Source: an uncultured virus (IMG/VR IMGVR_UViG_2934853166_000001)
Lineage: Duplodnaviria; Heunggongvirae; Uroviricota; Caudoviricetes
IMG/VR virus record: IMGVR_UViG_2934853166_000001
Direction: 5' to 3' (one strand)
DNA length: 64,000 nt
In this document: piece by piece, positions 46,113 to 55,800 of the stretch
How positions within the stretch are numbered: the first letter of the stretch is position 1
Layout: every line of letters starts with the position of its first letter
Position numbers and translations under genes: made by a program
The notes under the pieces: model-generated
The model's database searches: none
Seen by the model: only the letters and a program-made list of their open reading frames with translations
Told to the model about the DNA's origin: nothing

Positions 46113-46373
46113 GTGGCAGGTCAACCGCAGGTGCGCGAGTCGGCTTGGCTGTACGCGCCCGGCGACCCGTACGTGCCCATCGCCCACGTCCGGCTGGAAG
46201 AACGCATGGACGGCAGCGGCGCATGGGACCTGTACGTGTCCGACCCGGCGTCAGCGCCAAGTCAGCATGCTCGCTGGCCCGACGAAGACGGGGCCCGCGC
46301 CGAGCTGGACCGCATCTACGAGGCCGGGAGAGCCGACGGCGAATGGCAGATCATCAGCCACCACAGCTACTAG
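46113..46373 (+). CDS. Hypothetical protein antisense within the lysis cassette
   Basis: TACGAT 7 nt before GTG. Confidence 0.6.
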   Translation: MAGQPQVRESAWLYAPGDPYVPIAHVRLEERMDGSGAWDLYVSDPASAPSQHARWPDEDGARAELDRIYEAGRADGEWQIISHHSY

Positions 46374-46693
46374 CGGCGAACCCGCGCCGCCCGATCCTGC
46401 TCCACAAACCGCTTGTACGACAGCACCCGCAGGATCAGCAGGGCGTCTATCACGGCCAGCGACCCCAGGCCGAACACGGCATCCACCGTGTCCACATGGC
46501 TGGTCGTCGGCCACCGCAACACCAGCAGCACGATCTGCCGTACGTACAGCAGCGCCGCCAACAGCACCCACCCGGAGGCATCCCACGCGGCCAGCCGCCG
46601 CCACCGGCGGGGCCGATGCCACGACAGGAACGCCAACGCCGACACCAACCCGACGATCAGTAGCACCAGCAGCGCCACCCGATACGTGATCAA
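46370..46693 (-). CDS. 3-TM membrane protein (lysis accessory/holin-like)
   Basis: Hydrophobic helices, position in cassette. Confidence 0.7.
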   Translation of the reverse strand: MITYRVALLVLLIVGLVSALAFLSWHRPRRWRRLAAWDASGWVLLAALLYVRQIVLLVLRWPTTSHVDTVDAVFGLGSLAVIDALLILRVLSYKRFVEQDRAARVRR

Positions 46694-46929
46694 CTTCCCC
46701 CCACCACCTGCCTCAACCAGTCGTCGTACTTGTTGGCCACGTTGTGGGCGCGCAACCGCTCAGCCAACCGATCAGCCTCCACCCGACGCCGAGCAGCCAC
46801 CAAACGATCCTGCTCCGCCCGCGACACAGACTCATCCGCCCGCAACGACGCCTGCCGCGCCTCAGGTGATGGCTGGCGTCCCCTGCCCAACGGCCACAAG
46901 CCGCGCACCACTCGCCGCCACCACCTCAT
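46690..46929 (-). CDS. Lysis-cassette hypothetical protein
   Basis: Overlap-coupled to both neighbours. Confidence 0.6.
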   Translation of the reverse strand: MRWWRRVVRGLWPLGRGRQPSPEARQASLRADESVSRAEQDRLVAARRRVEADRLAERLRAHNVANKYDDWLRQVVGGS

Positions 46930-47252
46930 GACACGTAGCCCCCCGGATGCGTCGGATGCCCGAGCTTGTCCAGCAGGCCAGTCGCCGTCCGAGCAGTCTC
47001 CACCGCAGCGTTCGCCGCCCGAGACGCGTCAATGAACGCATCCCGCGTCGCCTGATGCGCGTCCCGCTCCGTCTCGTACGCCGAACGCCACGTATCCCGA
47101 TCAGCCTTCATCTGCTCATGCGCACCCTTGGGTATCAGCCAGCCCAGCAGGATCAGCACCAGGACTATGCCCGGCACACCCCATTGCAGGATCGCGCCGA
47201 ACACGTTCGAGGGGTCAGCGGACCCAGCGTCGGCGGCCCAGCGGATCAGCAT
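46926..47252 (-). CDS. Membrane protein (1 TM + coiled coil), lysis cassette
   Basis: WGVPGIVLVLILLGWLIP followed by coiled coil. Confidence 0.7.
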   Translation of the reverse strand: MLIRWAADAGSADPSNVFGAILQWGVPGIVLVLILLGWLIPKGAHEQMKADRDTWRSAYETERDAHQATRDAFIDASRAANAAVETARTATGLLDKLGHPTHPGGYVS

Positions 47253-47286
47253 CGGCCGTCCCCCGTGTCAGTGATGGTGTGGCCGG

Positions 47287-48192
47287 TCAGGACTCGCTGA
47301 CACGGCCGGTGAACGTGAACGTCGCCGGCAGGACGAGCTGACCGGCCGGACCCTGCGGACCCGCGTCACCCTTCGGACCCTGCGGACCAGCCGGGCCAGC
47401 GGGACCTGGCTTACCCGCCGCGCCGTACTTGAGGACGATGCACTTGTGGAGCTGCATGTTGCCCCACGCATCGAACACATCACCCGACGTCGCCGACGAC
47501 CCGGCAGCCTTCCGCATCGCCAGCACCGCGCCCGACGTTTGCTTGCCGTAGGTACCGTCCGACGACCCGGACGGCAGGAACCCTAGGTGCTCCAGGGCGA
47601 CCTGGAGGGCTTTGACGTGCTCGCCCTGGTCCCCGAGCTTGCATGCAGCGAACATGGTGTATGCCTCCCCGGCGAGCAGTCCGATGGTCATCAGGTAGCG
47701 GCGGAACAGCGGGGTCTGGTCCCGGCCCGCCTTGGTCGAGTCGCGGAAGAAGCTGAAGTGGGTGTGCCAGAGGTGGGAGTTGTCGCCGGTGCTGCGCTTG
47801 CCGAGCCGGTCCCACCGCTTGACCGTCTTGCCGTCGGGGGAGTAGATGATCTCCCTGATGTCGGCGGTGTCCGCCGCCCCCCGCTGGCACTCACCCACAC
47901 ACCACACCGAGAACGACCGCAGGTCATGGGTGCGGCCACCCGACTGCACCGAGAACGTGCCCACATCCAGACCGGAAGCGAACTCACTCAGCCCCGCCTT
48001 GTCCCGAGGTGACTCGGTGGCCGCATACCCGGTCGCTGCCTGCTCCGGCAGACCCAGGTGGTACGAGTTGCCCTGCTGGACGTGCGCGGTGTCGCCCACC
48101 ACGCCAACCTCCGCCGACTCAAGCCCGTGCGGGCCGAGATGCGTGATCAGCAGGGAGCGGACCTGCATCAGGTTGGATGGTGCGCGGGTCAC
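47287..48192 (-). CDS. Endolysin: Zn-peptidase-like domain + PG-binding domain + collagen-like tail
   Basis: SYH...LD...SHLWHTHFSF; GDQGEHVKALQ..L...G.....DG.YG..T; (Gly-X-Y)9. Confidence 0.75.
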   Translation of the reverse strand: MTRAPSNLMQVRSLLITHLGPHGLESAEVGVVGDTAHVQQGNSYHLGLPEQAATGYAATESPRDKAGLSEFASGLDVGTFSVQSGGRTHDLRSFSVWCVGECQRGAADTADIREIIYSPDGKTVKRWDRLGKRSTGDNSHLWHTHFSFFRDSTKAGRDQTPLFRRYLMTIGLLAGEAYTMFAACKLGDQGEHVKALQVALEHLGFLPSGSSDGTYGKQTSGAVLAMRKAAGSSATSGDVFDAWGNMQLHKCIVLKYGAAGKPGPAGPAGPQGPKGDAGPQGPAGQLVLPATFTFTGRVSES

Positions 48193-48217
48193 AGGATCAC
48201 CTCCAAGGGGTTGCTGG

Positions 48218-49690
48218 TCATGCGGTCATGTCCCAGGTGATCGAGTCCACCCACACGCTCTGCCCCGACGTGAGGCTGTTGCCGATGGTGATCTCACCGT
48301 TCGTGGCGATCTGTAGCTGCGTGCCGCCGCCCGTGTACCGGGCGATCGTCGTCACCGTGGCCAGCGGCCGGTGAGCCGTGGTGGGAATGACCGCGAGGAC
48401 CGCACCCGACGACACCGCCCCGGTGGCCGTGAGCGTGCCCCGCAGCCGGCCGTTGTCGCCGCCCCGGTCCAGCCGCGACGCCGCAGCCTTCGTGCCCAGC
48501 GACATGTTGGTGCCCGGGGTGAGGTTGACGAACGAAGTGGGAGAAGCCGTGCCACCCGCACTGCCGGTCGTCCACGTGCCCGGGGTGCCGCCCGCCGTAC
48601 ACAGGTAGACGGCACCAGCAGAGTCGAGCACCACGTCACCAGTCGTCCACGTCCCCGACGTGGGGGCACCGGTCGTGGACCGCTGGCCCCGCCAGTTGAT
48701 GGCCGTCAGGCTGTTGTAGGAGCCGCCCGCGCGCACGCCGAGCAGGCCGGCAAGGACACGGGTGGCGACAATCCACCCAGGTTGGGTGGAGTGGCCGGTG
48801 CCGTACGCGCCCAGCAAGGGCTCGCGGTTCGCCGCTACCGACGGGTTGGTGGACAACTCAAAGAACCGGCCGGTCGACGGCCCGCCCAGCGACTCGTAGA
48901 ACTCGAAGAACCGACCGCCGATCCGGTTGTTGGTCGACGGGGCTCCGCGCGCCTCACCGTTACCGTTCAGCCAGAACGCCTTGCCGGCTTGACCACCCGA
49001 CGTGGTGAAGAACATCTGGAGGGTGTCCGGATTGTTGTCGCCCGCCGAATACGCCATCTGCATGCGCAGCCACGGGTTGCCGGACTGGCCCTGCGTCGGA
49101 TCCGGGGCCGTAGCCGTCTGCCCCACGTACGCGCCGCCCACTTTGGGCGGGTTGAGCAGCAGCGCCCCGGCTACCTGCGACGGCGACAGCAGCGTGAACT
49201 GCCCGCCCGACCAGCCGATGACGGTGCCGTCCACGCGGGCACCCAGAGCGCCAGCAGACACGTCAGACAGGTTGGCGAGGCCAGTCGAGTGAGGGTTGAG
49301 CGCCGCCGCGTGCGCCGACAGGGCAGCCGTGTTGTCCGCCGCCTGCTGGCCGATCTGCTGCAACCGGGACCCCAACACGCCGACCATCCGCACCCGAGGC
49401 CCGCCGCCAGCGGACGCCCACAGGTCCGTCACCTCATCGGGTGCCTGGAACGGGGGGATCTGGCCGAACCCGCGCGCGCCGCTGCCGTCGGCCGAGGTGA
49501 CCGTCGTGACAGCGGTGCCCGTCTCGTCGAGCAGGTCCGTGTACTGAACACCGCCGGTCTCCGCAGACCACACCGTGACCTGTTGGCCGCCCACCACCAC
49601 CGACTGCTTGCCGGTGACCGTGCCGACCGTCACCTCATCGCCGACGGTGATCGTGTAGTCGGCGGCCCCACCGCCAAACCAGTACCGCAC
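48218..49690 (-). CDS. Tail fibre / receptor-binding minor tail protein
   Basis: Gly/Thr-rich; GAPTSGTWTTGD...GTPGTW; C-terminal IP...RP...L.I..NG.I domain. Confidence 0.75.
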   Translation of the reverse strand: MRYWFGGGAADYTITVGDEVTVGTVTGKQSVVVGGQQVTVWSAETGGVQYTDLLDETGTAVTTVTSADGSGARGFGQIPPFQAPDEVTDLWASAGGGPRVRMVGVLGSRLQQIGQQAADNTAALSAHAAALNPHSTGLANLSDVSAGALGARVDGTVIGWSGGQFTLLSPSQVAGALLLNPPKVGGAYVGQTATAPDPTQGQSGNPWLRMQMAYSAGDNNPDTLQMFFTTSGGQAGKAFWLNGNGEARGAPSTNNRIGGRFFEFYESLGGPSTGRFFELSTNPSVAANREPLLGAYGTGHSTQPGWIVATRVLAGLLGVRAGGSYNSLTAINWRGQRSTTGAPTSGTWTTGDVVLDSAGAVYLCTAGGTPGTWTTGSAGGTASPTSFVNLTPGTNMSLGTKAAASRLDRGGDNGRLRGTLTATGAVSSGAVLAVIPTTAHRPLATVTTIARYTGGGTQLQIATNGEITIGNSLTSGQSVWVDSITWDMTA

Positions 49691-49715
49691 TATGTCTCCT
49701 CGAAGGTGGGGGTGG

Positions 49716-50648
49716 CTACAGGGGCCACGAGGCGCTGCCTCGGGCGATGACGCCGGCGGCCATCGGCTCGTCGGAGCGAAGCTGCATGGTCCCGGCGGGC
49801 GCGAAATGAGCGACGGCGGTTGCGCCGCCAAGCAGGTCACTGGACACGGAGATGCCGACCGCCGGCCGATACTCGGCGGGAATCAGGAACGCTGTGCTGA
49901 GGGCACCGGCGGCGACCGTGCTGCCGACCCGGTGCGTGTCGAACCGCACCCACACAAACCCGTTCTTGGAACGGAGCTTGATGCTCGTGGACGCGCCCGT
50001 CCAACCGGCCTCGGCGGTCAGGTCAATCCAGCCGGTGTCCCCGAGGATGAGCACCCACGTGGTGCCGTTCGACTCGTAGGACCGCCCCGTGTCGATCTCA
50101 CGGATCCGCCGGCCCGGCTCGTGCGGCGGTCGCGTCGTGGACGTGCACAGGATCTGCCCGTCCGACCCCACATACCAAGCCAGCGGCACGCACTGGCCGG
50201 CGTCCGTGACAACGTCGTTGTAGGGGATCGTCACCTCAGCGAGGGGCAGCTCCCACACACCGGTGGAGGTGTCTTCCCCGTAGGTGGGGGAGGGGGTGGT
50301 GGGGGTGGCCAGCGCGGACCCTTTGACGACGGCCAAGCCGATGTTCCACGGGTTGCGGGACAGCCGCAGCACGATCAGGTCTTTGCGGGTGGTGCCCGCT
50401 GTGCTGTTGGCATCCACGGTCAGGCTGACCTCGGTGTCGCCGGAGTCCCACCTGAGGCCGCGTAGAAGCGCCGCCCGGCTGGCCCGCACCTTCACCCCGA
50501 GCAGGGTGCTGTCGGCGTACACCAACGGCGTCAGGGCAGGCGACCCGATCAGCCCATCCGGGGCCATCGGGTGCATCAGATCCTCGTACTCGCGGGGCGT
50601 CACAGCACGCGAGTTGTGGGCGGTGGTGGGGTACGCGTAGCCAGCCAT
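49716..50648 (-). CDS. Minor tail protein
   Basis: R.DLIVLR...WELPLAEV...DTGW...P..YRP. Confidence 0.75.
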   Translation of the reverse strand: MAGYAYPTTAHNSRAVTPREYEDLMHPMAPDGLIGSPALTPLVYADSTLLGVKVRASRAALLRGLRWDSGDTEVSLTVDANSTAGTTRKDLIVLRLSRNPWNIGLAVVKGSALATPTTPSPTYGEDTSTGVWELPLAEVTIPYNDVVTDAGQCVPLAWYVGSDGQILCTSTTRPPHEPGRRIREIDTGRSYESNGTTWVLILGDTGWIDLTAEAGWTGASTSIKLRSKNGFVWVRFDTHRVGSTVAAGALSTAFLIPAEYRPAVGISVSSDLLGGATAVAHFAPAGTMQLRSDEPMAAGVIARGSASWPL

Positions 50649-50691
50649 CCCCGCCTCCCCTCAGGTGAGCAGGGCCAGACAGGGGCAGAGA

Positions 50692-51888
50692 TCAGAGCGG
50701 CACTTCGACGGTCGCGCCGCGTCGGGCCAACTGGCGGAGGATGTCGCGCTGCAAGGCGGCAGCGGGGTTGAGCATTTGGGCGGAGCCGACGCCGATGACC
50801 GGGCGGATCGTCTCCCCGTCCTCGGGACTGGCTTCGATCTCCACAGCCGAGATCACGTCGGGCACATCGGGTAGGCCGGGGTACGCCTCCACCGCGACAA
50901 GGTCGCCGAGCTGGTAGTTGACGCCGTACCGCTGCCCGTCAATGTCAGCGGCGACCACGGCCAGGCGCTGCACCTCGGCGGATCCGGCCAGCTCGTCGTC
51001 AACGGCCGCCTCAAGCTCGGTCAGGTTGTCGGAGCCGGCGGCGTCCACGAACGTTTCAAGCCGCCACCAGTCGCCCGGGTCGCCGCGCTCGACGATGATC
51101 CGGTTGACCCCGGCGTCTTTGCCGCCGCCGATGCCGACCGTCGCCGACGGCGCTTCCGGCTCGTGTTTGATCGACAACAGGTTGCCCATCGACCGGCTGA
51201 ACCAGATCGCGCCGGTCTTGTCCTCGGGCCCGTATACCTGGAACTCGATCGTGTCGTCGACCTGCTGGGTTCGAAACCCGATCCGGCCCCCGGCGAGGTT
51301 GACGATGCCCCGCAGGTCGTCGGTGACTGGAGCGAACCGCGTCGACCACGACACCGGATCACCGCCGATGCTTGCCGGATCACCGAGAACCAGTTGCGGT
51401 ATCCGCCGCGCCAGCAGCGCACCCGGGCCGGCATTGCCGTTGACCAGCGCACGCATCAAGTTCTCTGGCGTGTCGGTGCCAGTCCACTTCGCCACGTTCT
51501 GCGCGGTCGCAGCCAGCGCCGGATTCGGGTACGACAACCGGCCGGCGATGAGCGCCAAGTCGTCGGCGAACCGCACGGTCAGGTCACCTTGGCCCTGCTC
51601 GCCGTGGGTGTCCGCCGACCAGTTGAGCGCGCCCGCGTACTCGATCGGCCCGGCCAGCAGGATGACGCCGTTGCGCTCGACGACAGCCCGCGCTTTGGGT
51701 GTGCGGACTGCGGTGACCACGTCCGGGGATGCGGTCACGGTGAACTCACCCGAGCTGACCTCGTTGAAGCGGAGCGTGACCGACAGGGACGTCCAGTCGT
51801 CGATCTGCTGGGAGATCACCTCAAGGTTGTGGTCGGTGATCCAGATGACGTACTCGGCGGGGGTGGGTGCTGGGCCGTGCACGCCCAC
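50692..51888 (-). CDS. Siphovirus minor tail/baseplate hub (ReqiPepy6 Gp37-like)
   Basis: LRFN..S.G...F..S.GNL...E.FVD...YG..Y.LGD.V; follows Dit. Confidence 0.8.
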   Translation of the reverse strand: MGVHGPAPTPAEYVIWITDHNLEVISQQIDDWTSLSVTLRFNEVSSGEFTVTASPDVVTAVRTPKARAVVERNGVILLAGPIEYAGALNWSADTHGEQGQGDLTVRFADDLALIAGRLSYPNPALAATAQNVAKWTGTDTPENLMRALVNGNAGPGALLARRIPQLVLGDPASIGGDPVSWSTRFAPVTDDLRGIVNLAGGRIGFRTQQVDDTIEFQVYGPEDKTGAIWFSRSMGNLLSIKHEPEAPSATVGIGGGKDAGVNRIIVERGDPGDWWRLETFVDAAGSDNLTELEAAVDDELAGSAEVQRLAVVAADIDGQRYGVNYQLGDLVAVEAYPGLPDVPDVISAVEIEASPEDGETIRPVIGVGSAQMLNPAAALQRDILRQLARRGATVEVPL

Positions 51889-51898
51889 AAGCCACCCC

Positions 51899-52846
51899 CT
51901 ACGCCGTGTTGTAGTGGGGGTAAAACGTGACGGTGATCGTGGTGCCAGGACCCGACCCGGTGACGGTGAACTCCAGGTCGTTGACGCCGGGCACCATCCG
52001 CCACAACGTCGAACCCGGCCGCTGCAACGCGCCGCCGAGCATCTGCCCGGCAGGGCCGAGAACCCGGCCTGGGTCGGTGGTGATGGTGATCGTCTGCCCG
52101 GAACTGAGCGCGTAGTTCACGGTGAACTGCTGGCCAAGCGTGTGGTTGGTGGCGACCAGTTGCGTCGCCGGCCCCGTCAACGTCCACGACGGCCACGCCT
52201 CAACCTTGCCCGGGTTCGTCATCTCCGTCGCCCCGATCGTGTCGCCGGAGCTGATGTTCGGAAACGGTGCGAGGTAGTCGACGTCCTCGCCGTAGGTGCG
52301 GGACAGGGTGATGGGCTGCGAGTCCCGCCACACCCCGTCAGGGCAGAGCAGCGACAGGGTGGGGGAGTCCTCCGTCTGACCCTGCCCGGGTTCGCCCTCC
52401 CACCCCGACTGGTAGTAGGCGAGCACCTCGCGGGCGGTGCCGTCCGGTCTAGTGAGCCGGAACAGCCCGGGGCCCTTCCACATGGTGAGGGCGAACGACT
52501 CACCCAAATCCCGCCACCGCTGTAGGAATTCGAGGTGCGTCTTACCTCGGATCCTCACCGGCCATGTGAGGTTTCGGGCCTGCCGGCGCACCCCCGTCAC
52601 CTGCACCCCACCACGGGCTGCGGGCCGCGACTGGATGGAGATGGGCGTGAGCCCGTAGCCGGTGACCGCGTTCAGCGTGAACAGGTCCCGACCGGGCGGG
52701 TTGAGAGGCCACTCCACGCCGTCCGGGTCAATCCACAGCGGCACATACTCGCCCGGATCGAACCGGGGCAGCGGCACCGGCAGCGGCCGAGGCGGTGGCG
52801 GCTCAACCGGTGGTGTGGTGGGGGCAGCCCCAATAATCAGCGGCAC
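51899..52846 (-). CDS. Distal tail protein (Dit)
   Basis: Follows TMP; C-terminal N.G...AWP.W...GP...PG.N. Confidence 0.8.
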   Translation of the reverse strand: MPLIIGAAPTTPPVEPPPPRPLPVPLPRFDPGEYVPLWIDPDGVEWPLNPPGRDLFTLNAVTGYGLTPISIQSRPAARGGVQVTGVRRQARNLTWPVRIRGKTHLEFLQRWRDLGESFALTMWKGPGLFRLTRPDGTAREVLAYYQSGWEGEPGQGQTEDSPTLSLLCPDGVWRDSQPITLSRTYGEDVDYLAPFPNISSGDTIGATEMTNPGKVEAWPSWTLTGPATQLVATNHTLGQQFTVNYALSSGQTITITTDPGRVLGPAGQMLGGALQRPGSTLWRMVPGVNDLEFTVTGSGPGTTITVTFYPHYNTA

Positions 52847-52867
52847 ACGCCACCCCCACCCATCCGA

Positions 52868-55800
52868 TCAGCCCTTACGTCCGACGCGAGCGCGAGCGTC
52901 CATCTGCCGCAGCAGCGACGACATCTCCGACAGCGACGGCGGACCAGACTGCGAGTTGACCGTCAGGTTGTTGGTGACCTGCGTCGACACGCCCTGCCCT
53001 TGACCGCCGCGCACATACCGGCCGCCGTACCAGCCGGCACCGATCGACAGCAGATCCTCGCCCCTGCGCCGGGACCCGAGACGCGGTAGGAAAAGCTCGC
53101 CGCCCGTGCCCCTCTCCGCGAAGCCGTACAGGGTCTTCGCCGAGTCGAACAGGCCGCCCTCCGACAGGCTGAGCAGCCCCGACGGCGACCCCATGTACAC
53201 GCCGCCGATTGCGTTCGGGGTCAACACGATCTTCCCGTACTGCTTGAGCAGCGAGTCGATCTGCGACTTCGCCATACCCGACCCGCTGAGGATCTTTCGG
53301 AGTTGTTCCACGTACGAGTCGTAGACCCCGGTGGCCTTCTTCTTGTCGCCGGTCTGCTCCAACACGGCCTGCGCCGCGTCCTGCGCATCCTTGAGGAACC
53401 GGAACAGAGCGGTCAGGTTCTCCCTACCCGTTTCGTCCTTCACATCGAAGATCGGCTTGTTCAGGCTGAACAGGTCCGTGATCGAGGCAAGCGACCCCTC
53501 GGCGGAGATGGCGGCCTGCGCGGCGGCGATGTTCTTCTCCGACCCCACCGGACCCGGCGTGTCATAGGTGGGCCGCTGCGCCAACTTCTTCATCAGCGAA
53601 TCGATCGTCGCCGCCGACACCTTCTGCTGCTTGAGGGTCGACTTCAACTTGGCGATGTGGGCGTCGTACTCCTTGTTCGCGGCCTTCACGCTGCCCGTCT
53701 CGCGGAACTTGGCTTGCGCCGCCTCTTCGGCGGCCTTCACCGACGAGATGACCGCGCTGTAGTTCTCCCGGCCCTTCTTCGTCGACAGGGAGAAGCTGCG
53801 GCCGTTCTCTTTCAGCGACTCGTTGAGCCGTTGGATGGCGTCCCGGGCCTGGATGTACGCCTCCACCGACTCCAGGGCGCTACCCCGATCCGTGGACGTG
53901 GCAGACGCCGACGCGCCGTAAGCGACCAGCCCCGACGCGGCGGCGATCATGCTGCCCCCGGCGATGATGCCCCCGGAGGCCATCGGCACCACCCGCGCGT
54001 TCGACCACGACGCGGCCTCCGACAGGATCGACAAGTTCCGGTTCCGGTCGCCCTTGCGGGGGATGTACGCTTCGCCCCCCGTCTCGGGTTCGGCAAACTT
54101 GACCAGCGGCGGGTTACTGGCCGGGTAGATGCCGGCCTGCATCATGCCGCCAGAAGCCATCGCCACCGGACGGTCAATGCCACCCCACCGGCGGAGCTGA
54201 GTGCCGCCGGGCACCTTCAGGTTGCCGCTGCTCGTCCACCGCACCTGCCCGGTGATGGTGAAACTGCGGTCCCGGAACGACTGCAAGACGGCCTTCGCGG
54301 CACGCATGTCCGCCATAGCCTGCGCAGTCTTCGCCCCGATCACCACCACCTTGCCGTTCGGCAACTGGCGGATCTGATACAGCACGCCCCCAACCTGGCT
54401 GGCGGCTGTCGTCGCACCCGGCGCAGTGACCGGCGTGGTGACCGCAGGCGGCATCATCCCGTACCGCTCGATCAGCGCATCGATCTGCTCATCGGTGAGC
54501 TTCGCACCATGCAGGGTTTTCCGCAGCGCCTCAATGTACTTGTCGTAAACCCCGGCGGCCTGCTCCACAGAACCGGTTTCCTCGAACCGTTTCTGCGCCG
54601 CTTCGGCCGCCGCCTGGATCATGTCCAGGGTGAGCTGCTTGTTCTCCCGCCCCTTTTCGTTGGCGATATCGAAATCGGTGCCCTGCTTGTTGAGGGCGCG
54701 CCCGTTTTCTTTCAGAGCAGCAGATAGCCGATCGACGCTTTCTTCCGCCTTGATCTCAGCCTCAGCGGATGAAATTGCAGCACCGTTCAGCTCGTTAAAT
54801 ACATCGATCAGGTCCCGACCTGAGGTGACTGCCCCCTGCAAGCCGCCGGTGAGGGTCCGCGCTCGGGTCTCCAAAGCAGCCAGCGAACCGGCACCACCAT
54901 GGGCGGCCCCATTGAGGCGTTCCATCTGGTCGACGGTCTGCGGCATGATCTTCGCAAGCTCACCCGCATCCAACCCTGACGCCGATAGCACCCGGTTCCA
55001 GGCGGCGTTGACACCCGCCGTGTTGTTGGTGGTCTTCGCGTACTGGGCGATAGCCGCGTCCAGAGACTGAATGCGCTCGCGAGAGCCGGTGAACGACTCC
55101 CCGTAGAACAGCTCGTTCAGCGACTTGGTGGGCGGGATCAGCGACTCAATCGACCGGCCAAGGTTAGGGAACCATTTGTCCCCGGCGGTGGCAGCCGACA
55201 GGCCGAGCCCTTCCAGGTTGTCGCCGAACACCCGGGCCAGTTCGCCCGTCGTCTTGCCGGTCTCGGCGAGGTTCTCGACGGACTTGGTGAGCCGGTCCAC
55301 GTCGGCGATCGGGTCTACGAACTGGTCGAACACCACCCCAGCCAGTTGCAGCGCGACCAGCGCGGTGACGGCCTTGCCGGTGGCGGAGGCCAGCCCGGTC
55401 ATGCCCGTGGCGGCTTTCTGCCCGGCCGGGCCCATCGCCGCCATCTTCGCCGCCGCACCCTGCGCCGCGACACCCATCGCGGCGATACCAGTCGTAGTCT
55501 TCTGCGCCACCACACCCAGTGCGATGGCGGCGACCACCACCGACTGGATCGGGTCCGGCAGGCCCTGGAATAGGTCGAACACCACGCGCAGCGCGGCCGA
55601 GCCGGTGGCGAGGATGTCGAACATGGTGGCCAAGCCGTCGCGGGTTCCGGGGTCGGCGAGGGCGTCCCGGGCGATCGACCCGAGCGGCCCCAACACCTGT
55701 GCCATGCCCTCATACGCGGCGGTCAGGGTGTCGACGATGCCGGCGATGTCTTCCGCGCCCCGACCGGACGCCATGTACGCGTCGAGGGCCCGCGCGGTGC

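Noticed and set aside
48218..50648. Diversity-generating retroelement or invertible tail-fibre shufflon
   Set aside because: No reverse transcriptase, no TR/VR pair and no inverted crossover repeats seen near the tail-fibre genes; the recombinase is 47 kb away.
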